Shown here one piece after another: positions 37,975-52,900 of a stretch of 64,000 nucleotides of DNA. Positions within the stretch are counted from its first letter, which is position 1, and every line of letters begins with the position of its first letter. The stretch covers positions 3,374,440 to 3,438,439 of the forward strand of contig OZ199838.1 of assembly GCA_964304625.1 (NCBI GenBank). The letters are read 5' to 3'. Below the pieces are notes generated by a model, which worked only from the letters and a program-made list of their open reading frames with translations, was not told where the DNA came from and ran no database searches. The stretch is from Kudoa neothunni (lineage: Eukaryota; Animalia; Cnidaria). The translations under genes were made by a program, and so were the position numbers.

Positions 37975-40900
37975 CTTCCGATTTCCATTTTAGCAGTAAA
38001 ATTTATTAAATAATTATTCAATAATTTAAAAAAAAGTAATGCAAACAGTCTAACGTTCTAAAATTTTCTTAAAAATGTGGTATAATCTTCTTATGAAAAT
38101 AAGGTGTTAATTATTGTGCCACCTGAAACTAATATGTGGTATCAATATACATTTGATGCAACACTACAGATTTAATTGTGGGGAAAAGATTATATTTTGA
38201 GGCCAAACACGCCTCTTAATCGTTAAGGTTGTGTTGAGCGGCGATGTTATTATCATATCATCTCAACACACACGCCCAAATAAATCAATGTTACAATCCG
38301 CCAACATATTAATCTGTCTGGCATCGTCTAAATGATAATCCATGTACCGTTAAAAATTATTAGCTTGATTACATTAATAGCTATAATACTAATATTTCAT
38401 GGGAATAATTATTAATGACTATTAGCAAATGGAATTACAGACGAAGTTGGATCAACCTCTATCTCCGTCAGGAGTACTAAACTAGTAAATAAAATAGATA
38501 CTTCTTCACTAAATGTTTCCATTTGGACGATCCTATGGTAGTCATTGGGTTGATCTTCAGACTTTTCCATTTCATATGGTACCAAATATTTTGAATCATC
38601 ATAGATTGGTGATGAGTAATTTCCATCTCCATCATTAATGGGTCTCATTCTCGGGATGCAAGTATTGGTGAGCACTGTTGAACAAGTTGGATCCAACTGT
38701 TCATCTTTAGATTTTGTTTCACATATTCCTTCTCCTACTCCTAATATTTGATTTAACAAATTTTCACCTAAAATCATGGATTTTATCAGTTCGCATAAAT
38801 TTATCGAAAAAGAAAACTGTTTTAGTATTCATATACATGATTCCCAACTCTTGTCTGATATCATTTTTCCTCCAATCGTAAAATGTGAACTTCAATCACT
38901 TCGATATGTAGATTATATTTTACGTCAACTATATGTTACGATAACCTAATCATATATTGTAAAATCCTAATTCTAACACTCTTAAACTATGAAGACCCGT
39001 CTTTAGAGAGTTGATAAGATTACCTAATAAATATTTTGTCAACTTATCAAATTCATTTTCAAATTTTCCGACCATTTCATCTATACTCCTATTTACAACT
39101 ATATAACTCGCTTTTTTAATTATTTAGATTTTATCTTTTTACTTCCTATTAAACTCATTAATCTTAATCACATGATTTATTTATTGAGGGATGTATTATT
39201 TAAATTTTATACCTACTCTCAATAGAATATATATTTCAAAATGTATTTTCTGGTTGCTAATTGATGCACATTTGTCACTTTGTTTTGCCGATAAAAATAA
39301 AATATGCTTCGTTCTCATACATTCAAAGTCAACTTGGACAGGTGCTAACGTAGGAAGATTTTTATAATTGTGATTATATTTTCTGGTGGGTGTTCCCATT
39401 CAATGATCATATTAGAACTGAAATAAGTACACTCTTCATTAGCATTAATTACCTTACACTGTAATTGCTATAATTTTTACAAGTTGTGATTTTTTTATCC
39501 ATTCTACTTATGCACCAGCCTGTAACATGTACTTTGAACACTGGGGAAAAATCTATTCTTCATCCCCCAGCCGGTTCAGTTAATTTGTTAGTTACATGAA
39601 TCTATTCTCTGGATGTTAAAATTCTTACTCTTCCCTAAAAAAAATTTTTAAATAAGTTTTTACTTGAGTTACCCGTCAACTACTGTTTTTCAATAAACGT
39701 AATATTTTTAGTTTGATAATTGCTTTTTGGTCATTAGAACAATAATCTTCCTGAATATTAATTTCACTTTCTGATTAAATTATTATTTTTCATTCCAAAT
39801 TTTTTGTAGGTTTCTTCAAACAAAACTTCTTATTTTTCGTTATTGACGGATAAACTTTAACACCAAAAAGAGTTCAAATGTGTCATTTGTTAATTTTGCC
39901 TATGAATAGAGAACTCGCTAGTTAAATCTCCCTCAAAATAAATTAGTTAAAAAACTTGATTATTTTGAAGTATTCTACTTGTTTGGAACATCTAACTATT
40001 TAGCATGATTCCACTTAGTCACAACTTAAGTTAATTTCACAACTGAGCTTCACCTCACAACATAACAACGTTTTCATCATTAAGATTCATTGTTGGATCT
40101 TCTTGAATTAATCAATCCTACTCAAATAGGATTTAGAAAGTAATGCTCTCGGTTTCATCCTCGTACGACATCTATTATGTCATCCTAGATATAATAGTGC
40201 GGTAGATAGCTAAACAAAACTTTGAAATTATCTCATTTGTGAATCACTAACTGGCAATATTAAAATTTGGCTAATGCTGTCAATCCCTAAGTCATTTTAT
40301 TTTTAATGTCCAAATTAACTAAAAAACAATAATAGAAGTATGACCACTGTTGAAACCAAGTTAGGATATCGATAGTTGTTAATGAAAACATTGTGAGGTA
40401 TAAACAATATAATCCAACGGGTATTTAATCCATTACCTTAATTAAAAAACGACTTATTTTTTTCCTAATTTTACTTCAGCTTAAAATAAACCTTAGATCC
40501 GATTTTTGTCAAATCCGATCCAAGAAATATATCATGTTTTTTAAGTTCATTATTGTTTATGATAAATTACAAATCTAGACCATTATTCTATCATTAAACC
40601 ATAATAATAAGAATGGTTTTTAATTACTTTATCATGAGTACGAATATTTTCGTAGCTATCTACTATAAATAGTTATTTTATTTTTATTCCTCAACTATAT
40701 TGAAATATAATGAAATATGGTGTGAAAATTTTGAGAAAAATAAATGTGTAGGAGATTATGAATAGAGTCAAATAAAGTATTAAATCATGTTCTTCTTGAT
40801 TTAACTTTATCCATCTTACCTACTTTAGTTGAAGACGTGATTGTTATAAAAAGTTGCTATATTTGATAATGAAAACGTGATAGAAGCCAAAATTGTGAAT

Positions 40901-42580
40901 TTCAACGCCTTGGTTTTACATGGCACTCAAGTATAATTCAATTAAAAGGTTGTGAGGTTTTTCCTCATTTTTTCGGAGGCTAAAATAAATCTTCTCAATC
41001 GTTTAATGTTTCTAGTTGTGAAAGGTTATCGTTGATAGGCTATTGGAGAGTGTGGCTTATTAGTTAGCAATTTTATACGTCGAGAAATCGATGAAATATC
41101 AAATGAATTAAAACTTGATTTTTTATATAGATCTCTAAATTTATTCAAAGAAACATGTCATTATTAAAGTAGGAAAAGTTTCAATCTTTGAGCTGTCTCA
41201 CCAGCTTTTGGCCCAAATTCGTTTTCGGTTCTCTTCGGAGTAAACACTCACCTTTCAAAGAATATTTTGGTTGGATGATAAAATGTCAAAAAGGACATAT
41301 AATGCACGAAATAGCCTATCATAAGAATATTTTAGAAATTAATGAGTTTTATTTTTGTGAACCATTTGTACAAATGTACATACACAATAAGCTTATGCAT
41401 GCCTGTTGTTGAGATAGAAAATTTTCCAACTTTCAACACTTTCCTCTTATAACAGAAGTCTTGTTTTGTGATATTGTTATAATTTCATAATTATGTAAAC
41501 ATATTTAAAAATTGTAAACAGAAAAGTATCTTTTATACATGAAAGTCTCGTTATTGTGTAGGAATTTTTTTCGTGGCTATTAAATGACAGAGAATCGTGA
41601 ATGTATGGTTCATGGTAAACTTCTTCTGAAGTAAAAGCTAATTATTGACTTCAATCCGATTAAAAACCATTTTTATTAAGAAAAATTTAAATCTATTGTA
41701 ACTTAGCGGAAACTTCAAAATGAGTCATATCAATGACAATCTTGAATTTGAACTAGAGTGGTACTATAGTTTACTTCGAATATTATTTCGTCATTTAGTT
41801 TTTAAGATAATAATTAAATCAACTAAAATAATTATTTAGGTAATTTATGTAAATACTATAGGCATTCATTAGCCTAATTTAGAAACACAAATGAATAAGT
41901 ATGAGAGTTTTGCTAGAAAACGTTACAGAGGGAGTATTCTACGAATAGAAAAGACAATGTACTTTTATTTTTACATGAATAAAAAGTTATATTCCAATTT
42001 AAGCATGAAACCCGAAAAAATTTCGTTTTAAGTATAAAATAAACACACGAATCACGAACGAAACCATATTCATGGGTTTCGTATGCGATAATTCAATTTT
42101 TGAGTTATATTGAAATTAGAGTTTTGAAAATTTTATGCTGATAATGAACAGAACATTAAGAATCAATTAATAATAATAATAATAATAATTTATGTTATGC
42201 ATATTAAAAATTTCATTATTAATAATTTTTCTCATTTCCAACAATTTATCATATGTAAGTTGCTCTTTTTAGTTTTGGAGCATTTATATTTAATGCCACA
42301 GTTTTTAATAATCATGAATGTAGTTTAAAAACGTTATGCGTGATTTCTTATGAATAATAACTTTTAATTCTCGTTATGACATGGTTAATGTTACAGTTTG
42401 ATAAATAGTTTATTATTATAAGTTTATAATAAAAAAAATAATTGTATCGTGTGCTTATGTTGTTTAAAAACACGGAAAATAAAGCTAAACGAGAGTTAAT
42501 GTTGTTACTGATTATACACTAAAACTGTGATGTAACTAATAATCACTTATGAGTTGTCGATTCCCATTCGAAGATTTATA

Positions 42581-44686
42581 CAGTAGGTGACCGATTTTCC
42601 GTAACTTTCTGCACACGCAAAAATAAAAAAATATACCTATTTTAATGAAATTAATTTAATTAATACATTCATTTCCTCTTATTGAAATAATATGTTATTT
42701 AGTGTTATTTTTAATTATATTTTTAAAGGTCTATGTCGTAATTTTATCATCTTAACTCATTATTTAGTCTAGATAATCAATTCCTCTCTGTCGTATATTT
42801 ATTCTTCTTGCTTAAATATTTAAATACATCTTTATCTGATATAAATTCTGCCACTCCTAAATCTTCATTTTCAGAATCCGCAGATTCAACAATCAAAGGA
42901 GCAAGCTCGTTATAAATATTCTGATGTAGGCATAATGACTTCCTCTTGAATAACCTCGGAATTTCCGACTGAGACTTCTTCATTGCTTAAATTAATATTT
43001 AATGAAATCTTGCATTCATTTGCTGCAGGAAACCCATATTTCTGAAACAATTAAACACAATATCCTTTGAAACACCGTCCCATGATATTTTAATTAGGAA
43101 CAATGTTTGAAGCATACCTTGGGAGGATGTATTTATATCACTGCTAACTGCAGCAATATGGTTTTCTATTAAATTATTCTTGTAATTTAATAGGAATGAG
43201 AAAATGGTTCTATGGTCTAATGTCTAATAGTTGCAAAACGCTTGTTGAATTTTTTGTAAGGAATATAAGAGAGATATTGGACGAATGAATTTCGACGTGG
43301 CAAGTGGCATTATTAAGAAGCAGTAAACTTACTTGTATTTCGTTTTGAATACATTGTCAAAATTAGAAAGATATTCGTTAAATGTTTCCCTAATCATCCA
43401 TTCTTTCCAGTTTGACTTATATTTTACTAGAAATGTTTTATTTAGCATTTTTAAAACAACATGGTTTTTGTGATTTCCGATCACAAGAGATTCAATGCAA
43501 TCTCCGACGTAGATGCTCGTCGCAAAACAGTAACTATTTTTTAGATTTTTTTCTCTCGACGAAACCTAATGTTGGGTCTCGAGTCTTCCACGAATTGGCG
43601 TCAAAACGGAATCCCCGTTGCAGCCGTTGGGGTAAGGATCGGAAACCATGTCCTTCCTTATTCAAAGAGTATTTGGTCCCCATTTCTCCATGAATTACAC
43701 CTCTTACATTGTTTCGTCGATTTGGTGAAGAAACATGGGTCCAATGCCCCCCTCAATATCGATCACATCATGAAACCTTCTTACCGTCGGAAGCGGCGGT
43801 ACAAATTGTTAAAAATTAAGGCCGGACAACATCGGGATGGAGAGCCCCTCACCCTATTTAAACATTTTATTAATATTTACCGATCGACTCTCTCGTGCTT
43901 TTTTAGTTCACTCTGTGTATTCTTTTGGCATTTGGCGCGTATAAAACACAGCATTAAAAATAATGAACCTCTTTGTTTCTACTAAGATAATGCGGTTTCG
44001 TCATGGTTATATATGCAGCCATCGTTGTTACCTTTGATTTAGCCATTCAATGTAGGTTACCATTTTCTATAAAACTTTAGTCAACATAAGCATCATCACC
44101 ATGAGAAGTGATATTTTTTAATTAAATCGTGATTTAAAACCAAGAAATCAATCATGGCTCATTACTACGTTTAGGTTCAATTTTTTATCTCAAATAATTC
44201 ACACATTCATATACTATAGTATCGATGTCGTGATTTGAACACTGTTTAAAATTATTTCTCTCCGAAGAAGCCAAGCCAGTTTATAAGATAAAACTATATC
44301 TTTCTTCCTAATCAGGATGATATCTAGAGTAGAAATAGAAAGGAGCTTAAATTTACTAAAAGTAGTATTTTTGCACTCCTGTTTAGTATACTTTAAAAAA
44401 AATCAATAAATTTATATTTTAGTTGTATTATTTCCTTATTTTTAACTTTTTCAGGCATTATAATTGAAAAAAAAACACACCACTAAATCCGCCTAGAGCT
44501 GGAAAGTTACGGAAAATCGGTTAAGCGATGATAATGTGAAAACCCCCACTTTTAAATGTTCAATTTTTAAAAAATTTTTAAAGTATTATTAGAACCTAAA
44601 AATAAAATCAAATATATGGTTTAAAATATTAAAAAAATATTCTAATTGAAGCAAGTCCGACGCTACCGAAAATCGGTTACCTACAG
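42581..44686 (-). mobile_element. Decayed pogo/Tigger-like element
   Basis: TA-CAGTAGGTGACCGATTTTC ... GAAAATCGGTTACCTACAG-TA ends, with an internal repeat at 44502-44523. DDE_1 remnants LLLLNNATCH and SWDGVSKDIVFNCFRNMGF. Confidence 0.85.
43570..43948 (+). mobile_element. ~380-bp solo-LTR-like repeat, copy 2
   Basis: TGTT...AACA termini, homologous to 11724-12095 and inserted within the pogo element. Confidence 0.7.
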
Positions 44687-46416
44687 TATATAACAGGTCT
44701 ATTTCATTTTATGCAAACAATAAAATAAAATAAATTTGGTAGGTTTCGTCTCCATTAGTGGTAAATATGGGCTGAAAAATTTTCGATTCGTTTGGTCTAA
44801 TTTTGTAATTCTTCGATGAGTTAGAAGCTTCATTATTTAAACCTATTTCATATCGTCAATATCCCGGGAAAACACCACAAGAAAGGGTTTAAAAATGCGA
44901 CTATCAAAAATCACGATATCAGAAAATTCCCAAATTTTCTCGAAATTTCGAGATAATTGATCAGCCTGATTTGGTAGGATTATCTACAACCGTGTACATC
45001 TACTATATACAAACAAAGAAAATTTTTCAGCTTCGTCAGGGATTGGGAACATTCTGCATTGAAATATCTCTTAAACCTACCAAAATACACTAACCCTGTC
45101 ATTTTATTCATAGAGGTATATATTAAGGTTACATACTTTAAAAAATATAATCTAAAAAGGATAAAAATTCCCAATTTGTATAACACTTATGTATCAAAAG
45201 TAAATTAAAAATTTATATACTCGGTATATTATACTACTAAAATCTTATATTTATCTCATTTTGTTATTCTTTAAATGACTTATTTTAAAAAAAAACGTTC
45301 TTGGAAAATTAATATATAATAATTGTTGGAAAAAGTTTTATTTATAGCTAAAACAAAAAATTGATCATAGAAGGATTTTAAAAATTTAATGATAAAACGA
45401 TTATAACTTTTTTTTTAATACATCCAATTTAAACAAAAAAATGTATAAACTAAAAATTTGTTATTTGGTTGTTTTGGTCTTTTAGAACGTTTGTGGGCAA
45501 TTTATAAAAAATGATAGAGAAAAACATTTAAAATAGGATATGGAAAGATATTTAAAATGGTTGAGTCCTATAATTTTGGGAATGAAACACTATAAAAATG
45601 TTTTTAAAATATAAAATTAACTTAGGAGTTAATGTAAGAATACTGGAGGGCGTTTCCATTGTTTTGGTGGATTTAACAAAGATTTCACATATGGCAGACG
45701 CAGACGGTGTCGTATTCGGGATTTAGTAGAAAAATTAGATATTATTGTGATTAGTTGAATCATTGTTGTCGGAATTCTTTTATTTTGTTATGGATAATAT
45801 CGTACGTAAAGACAAAAAAGAAACGAAATAATTGAATAGAATAAACACCTGCAATGTAAATCACATAAAGGATCAAAATCATTTCATTAAATTTCTCTTC
45901 AGTAATGTACACAAATAGAATGTGGTGAGATTACTTAAGGCGTAAGGTTAGGCATTGTGTCTTAAAGAATAATTTAAACAACAATAATTGTCCCTTATTT
46001 TAATAAGCCAGCTTAAACTATAAAACTAATGGGACCTTCATTTTACACTGTACAATACAAGAAAAGGCAATCGAGTATAAACAGACCACATATCAAAAAA
46101 TATACCCACCAATTTAACCACTATAATTTCATGGTTGAAACAAATTTTGAAGAAAAATAACGGCGAACTTGTTTGAGCTACCGAGAGCATTCTACATTCA
46201 GCGCAATTTGCTAATCTCGCATTCACTACAACTGATTTATTCCCGACAACGGGAACATAATGATTAGGGGGATTATAAAATAGAAAACTGCATAAAAACT
46301 TTTCACACACCTTATAAAGCTATCACAAAATGAACGCATAACAAGATCAACTGCAGGAATTGTAATAACGCTATTATAGACGTGGTAGACTGTAATGTAG
46401 ATTAATAATGAGTTCG

Positions 46417-49313
46417 TTAAGATGAAAATTTCCCACAAAGGAATTCCGTCAAGTGTTTCGAATGCATTTCTATCCAATGGGCGTTGACACGAATCTCCTC
46501 AAGTGACTGTTTCAATGTACGATCAATGGCAGGTGTGGGATTCTTATCGAAAAATTCCTACATAGAAAAACAAATTTATTAAATTCGAATCAATCACATG
46601 TGATATTTACAGTAATATCTTGAACAAACGCATGTGAGGAGAATGAAGATATAGAATTACCAACCAGTCGATTTAGAAGGAATCCTCCATTGTTATATTT
46701 GGCTGAGATAGTGTTCCAATTGGTTTTAATGTATTCCCAGCGTTCTTTTCTGGCTTCCAACGATCCACAAAATCCCAATATTCCATATAATGCATCGCAA
46801 GATGGAACACATTCCTAGACACACAAGTTCATTGTAGTGATTCCACAATAGTTGGCATATAGACAACTTACAGATAAACTGAAACTTAGCACTTGTCTAG
46901 CAACTTCAAGATTTTTACAACGACCAAGAACAGACAATATTTTAACTTTTTCTTCTTGTAACATTGATTCCATGTACATCTTTTTAAGTGTATCAAATTC
47001 TTGTTGTCCACCGTAGATCATGACAATAGAATAAATTGGTCCTCGAAGATCTGGGCTTAATGCAGCGGTTTTATCGCAGTGGTTTTGGAAAAGTCTGCGA
47101 GCTTCTTCAACAACTTCATGTTGACCTGCTCGTCCTAACATTGAGATCACCAAACTACGCAGCATATTGCCAAGATGGTCATCAACTTGTGTTGAATGCC
47201 AGCCAAGTTTTTGTAATAGGCAACTGAACACCTTGCACACCATAGTGTCAAAACATTTTTCAAGTTTTCCTCCACTACCATCATCAATGCTTTGCACAAA
47301 GCAACGCAAAGTTGAAAGATTGTTAGTTATATCACTCCACACGGTGTAATTTTCTTCGTCGTAACAACTCAAGAAGACATTGAAGTAGGTGATAGCATCA
47401 ACAAGGCCGAGTTTGGACAGTGAGAATATATCACTTTGAATACCGAGTCGTTCAGTAGCACATATATTTTTGGAAGAGAATGCAGTCAACAACGGATCAA
47501 GCATAGCTTGAGAGTAGTTGACACGATAGAGACCAACTTGATTTTTATTGAGTTTGATCCATTTGGGTTTTTGAGATAGGTTCAAAGTGATTTTGGTTTC
47601 TTCTTTGTCCATCAACAATGAAGCCACTGGTTCATCTTGATAATCAACACAAACTGTAATGGGGATCATCCACGTTGAAGATTCTTTCACATTGGTGGCA
47701 GAAACCACAAACCGACATTGTTTAATAGTGAGTTCAACGTTTCCATCTGGCAAATCGAGTGACGACACAGATAAAACTGGGTAACCAGTGACTTTGGTCC
47801 AACAACCCATCACTTCAACTATCGGTTTTCCGCTGGCATCAGCAAGATGTTTCCACAGATCGGATGTGGAGGCATTTCTGTAACGGAAATCTTGAAGGTA
47901 GGTTTGAAGACCTTTTTGAAAAGCAGTCTTCCCGACATATTCGTGCAGCATACGTATCACACAGGAACCTTTGCTGTAGGAGATGGCATCAAAAATTTCA
48001 TCGATTTCCGATGGATGACCAACCTCCACTTCAACAGGATGACTGTTATCCAAAGAGTCCAATTCCATGCAACGAGCGTAGTCGGTGGACACAAATTGAG
48101 TCCATATATCATACGAAGGAAAGAACTCATTGACCAATAAAAACTCGATCCAAGTGGCGAACCCCTCGTTCAACCACAAATGAGTCCACCATTCCATTGT
48201 TACAATGTTTCCAAACCATTGATGAGCTAGTTCGTGAGCGACAACCAAAGCGACGCGTTGTTTACCACTGGCAGAGGAATTCTCAGGATCCACCAATAGA
48301 GCAGTCTCACGATATGTCGTTAAACCCCAATTTTCCATTGCACCTGCAGCGAAATCTGGTATTGCCACAAGGTCGGCCTTAGATATTGGATATTCGATGT
48401 CGAAATATTTCTCATAGAATGGAATCGCCTTGGTGGCAATATCAAGTGAAAAACGACCATGTTCTTTTTTTCCAATTGGAGTGTATACTGAAACTTTTTT
48501 TCCATTACATGTTTCAGCGGATATACCTTCCAAGTCCCCAACCACGTATGCTACCAAATAGGTGGACATTTTTGGTGTTTCAGCGTAAGTCACAATACTA
48601 TAGCCTGGATCGGCATGATCTTTAGTTGACACGACCTCCATGTTAGATAAAGCTACCATCGATTTTGGGACAATCAGAGAAATTTTAAACGTGGCTTTAA
48701 GGGCAGGCTCATCCCAGCATGGAAATGCCTTACGGGCAAATGTTGACTCAAACTGCGTGCATGCAACCAATTTCTCTTCACCGTCACATGTGTTGTAGGT
48801 ACAATAGTATAGACCGTACAATTGCTTCAAAAGATTTCCTTTGAAATTCACGTGAAAAATTCCATTGCATTTCGGTATCGGTGTATCAAAGATGGCAGTC
48901 ACTGTTTCGAGATTGCTATCACTTTCTTGCTTAATACATTTGTATTCAACATTATCCGAACTCACAAACTTAATTTTTGATAGCTCCAGATCTACACTAT
49001 GGAATTCTATTTGTTGAGTCTCCTCACTAATCGATAAATCGATGTTGCATGTTCCACTAAACTCTTTCGAACCAAAATCTATCTTAGTACATAATCGATA
49101 ATTGGAAGGAACAACTGATTGAGATAATCGGCGAAACGGTCTTCCAGACAGTGCCATCTTTATATCCCAATCGAAACAGCTCGTAAGTGCCTTCGGTTCA
49201 CATGCAAGCATATCATAAAACCTTGGAGTATTGATAACTATTGATCTTCCATTCCATACCATGAATTTGTTTGGATAAAGATTTTTCATATTAGGTTTCG
49301 AGCGATGTAACAT
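46417..49313 (-). CDS. NPEPPS: Puromycin-sensitive aminopeptidase (M1 family)
   Basis: GAMENWGL, HELAHQWFGNIVTMEWWTHLWLNEGFATW and EIFDAISYSKG. There are three exons, and an alternative start MALSGRPFRRL is near 49157. Confidence 0.96.
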
Positions 49314-50499
49314 TTTTTTTTTGGCTTAACTGAAAAACAATTAATAAATTGCTCAATCCCAGTCCAAATCCAAATGTTATCTGGTGATCTAATTTGAAAT
49401 TTCCTTATTACGGTCAATAATATTGGATGACTCCTTTACGATTGTTCATTAGCTTGAGGAGTAATTTTATTTATTGTCCAAGTGAAGAATAAAATTATTA
49501 ATTCATTTAATTCGAACCTCATTCTAAAAATGAATAATCTATGAATCATTCTATACTAGTAATTTCGTGTGTCAAGTTTAAAAAAAATTAACACTGTAAT
49601 AATGCGAATAATTAAACTGATATTTAGAGATGATTGAGGACTCTGAATCGTCGAAATCTGATCCAAAATGAATACGCACATGCGTGGTCTTCAATTTTAA
49701 GTTAAAAAGCTCGTATTAACTTTCCGAACGCTCCAAATCTACTAATGTGATAATTCGTTGATTCAAAAAACTTGGAGCCATTGATTCTCTTTCGGGATAG
49801 CGAGATTTAGGTCAATCAAACATTCGCGCTTGCGTGGAATAATACTTGGATTTCTTATGAAAGTTTTTTTACATATTTTATAACAGTGTTTTAATTGTTT
49901 TATGTTAAGCTATTATTTTACATAATTTAATATTTATATTCATATATATATATATGTATGTGCCAATCCATACACTAAAAAATTAGACTTGAAAACAAAC
50001 AGAAAATAATGACAAAATGACACTTATATACATTATAATATAATAGTAACATACAATTTCAAAAATCGAAACTCAAGATTATTATAATTTTACTTGGCTA
50101 AGCGTACAAAATGATTCTTTTGAGGCGTCTTTTAACGAGGTTACTGGCTCATCATTTGGATTAATCTCTTCAATAAGGTCAGAATCATTTGATTCTTCTG
50201 TGTATTTATAAATAGTTAAAATAGAATTTATCGCACTTTGTTACTTGATATCTGATATTTCCTCTTCTCTCTTCTGCTAATTCTGAATCACTATTATTTG
50301 AAATTTTCATAATGATGTTTCTCTTGATGAATTCGCCAATTCCTGGTATACCATAAAAATTGGCGTATTATGTTGATCTTAATAACATCATTAAAGAATT
50401 TCAGATGCGAATTTACGTCCGGAATATTTACAGAATCCGGGCATTAGAACATTCTCATTAATAAGGTGGCGGCTGGCTACATTATCAATGTATTCATTA

Positions 50500-52900
50500 T
50501 TAACCCTTAATGGACCACATTGTGGCGCTTACACAATGGAGCCCAAGAACAAATATGAGTTTACATTGGTTGAATATCGTTATTAGCGCGATTAACATTT
50601 AAGCTATATTGCATTGTAAGGCCTAACAAAAATAAGACACATTTTTATTACGTAGTGCTACAAAAAGTACAAGTAATGTTCTTTAAAGAATGTTCGGTGC
50701 AGACGCTCTTATGACACTAGCAACAAACCTGCTTTCGGCTACATACGACATTGGATGGACAAAGATTACATCGCCTTCTTTTATTTTCATCGTTCTCATC
50801 ACTTTTTGTGTAATGAATATCAAAATCATATCCTACGATTTCCATTGAACACTTGACGGTCGGCTGGAAAGAAATTTTAGGATTTTTTAATCTCCTATCC
50901 CGTTCATCTTTTATCAATGATACAGCCAAATCAAGTAAGAAATTTTGACGACGACTAGATATATCTGTGCTCCTATAGTTTGGATTTTTTTGGACAAAAA
51001 CCACGGACGCATTAAAAGCCGCTATGTCTATGATTTGAGAAAATAGTTCAACAGACAGACGGTCAACATTTTCATTTGCACTAATATGTAGTCTCACATT
51101 GATCTACAATATCAACACCGCCTTTTCGTTTATTATAATCAATAATAGCATCAGGTTTGGCATATTACTCGTTACTTATGATGGGAGTTCGATGTTCGGA
51201 AGAAAGAATCAAAACGGCTTTGTTTTTTCAGGGAACATACGAAATAAAGGTGAAATATTTGTAGAAACCAACAAGCGATGAGTAGATTTCTCTAGATTTA
51301 TGCGGCGAGAATTCTGGAAGTATAAACGTCCTGTATTTACGAACCGTTCCAACAAATGACGTTTTTCTCTCTTTTAAATATTTTATTAGGTTCCGTGTAG
51401 TAAAATAATTATCGCACGTTATATTTCAACCTGAATCAAGCAAGTGTTCAGTTAGGCTAACGACGACTTTGTTACTTAAATTTGTTTCACGGTTGTTTTC
51501 TATTTTTTCTAAATAAGGAATAATGTTGAAAACATATTTCATTTCGCTATCGCAAACCATCTGAACTTTCAGACCATATTTGGAAGGTTTTCTGGCATAT
51601 ATACAACAAATCCACTTCGTCCTCGGAATCGACATAACTGCTCATTCACCGTCAAATTTGGTGTCCCGGAACGTAGCTGGTTTTATAAATATTTACAAAA
51701 CAATCAAACAAATTGTGTATGGCTTTTAATTTATGCTGGTGGATTTTGCCGTCGAATCGCAAACAACACAAAATTTGTTTAAATCTGTTGCTGCTCATTT
51801 TTGCTCAAAACCAGGGAGAACATTTGGCTCGCAGACAAATTTCCAATTTAAAACAAAGCTTCGTTAAACTTTTTTACGAATATGCAAAACTGTCACTATG
51901 GAAAATCGGTTACTTACTTTATCACACATTACATCTTGTGAATATTGGTATAATTGACAATGTTTGGCTCTACGTATGCGTGTGAGCAGCCTTTCTTCAT
52001 CTAAAGGATGTGAAGATTAAACTACGGTCACGCTTAAAGTATTGAAGTCTCAACGCCTACATGAAGCTTAATCTTACCGCGTATCAACCACATTACAAAG
52101 TCATATGCAAAACCACGAAGAACCGGGAACCGCATTGATGATGAGAAATATTCTTCATTAATTAACAATAGGGTAATAATGCTATTAAAATGAATTTGAT
52201 GACTTTTTTTATTTAAAAGTGTTGGAATTATATGAAAAGCGCACATGTGCTTCTATTTTGAGTTATAAAACATGTTGTATGGCTCTAATGGAGTTAGTTT
52301 TTAAAAAATATATAGATTTTGTGGCTATCTCACCAAAAAGGTTTCCGACTCCCGCTCTAAACAAAGGTCTTTCATGAATTTCATGTCAAAATATTAGTCT
52401 TTTTTGGAATTCGATTTGTAAGCACCCCCTAACAATAGCAGACCAATGAATGCTTTAAATTCCGCCATTACTTCTATTCCTTTTTGATTGGTACAAAATA
52501 TGATTCGCTTCAGCATATCGTATTTTATAAAATCAAAAAATGAATCTGTTGTGTCTAAATTTAGAAAATGATTAGCAAAAGAAAACACGATGACACAAAA
52601 TACAACAAAATAAAAGGATTAAGGGGACTAGCAGCTAATTTGGGATTTATACACGATAGATCATTATTAGCGTCAGCCGCACTGTGGAGGAATCATCGGG
52701 AAGGGAATGACATTAGATGTGTGGAAGATAGGGAGACACATATGGATGATTTTCCCTTACCATTTCGTAGATAAGTACATATTACAAGTGTGATAATTAA
52801 ACAAAGGATGATTGGTCTTGATTTTGATGGCATAGATTATTTACAGTGGATTCTTCCACGATTTTGTCAGGGCTGGGAACAGATTATGTACATAACACTT
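50500..52900 (-). mobile_element. Decayed piggyBac transposon (one TIR found; right boundary approximate)
   Basis: TTAA-CCCTTAATGGACC end. Pieces include EFKAFIGLLLL, KPSKYGLK, CDNYFTT, GGVDIVD and RRRCNLC. It is interrupted by a hAT element. Confidence 0.85.
51812..52354 (+). mobile_element. Non-autonomous Charlie-like hAT element, copy 2
   Basis: TSD CTCAAAAC/CTCTAAAC (7/8). Colinear with 59165-59712. Confidence 0.8.

Noticed and set aside
40900-41800. Possible Tc1/mariner remnant
   Set aside because: No catalytic motif or TIR could be read with confidence.
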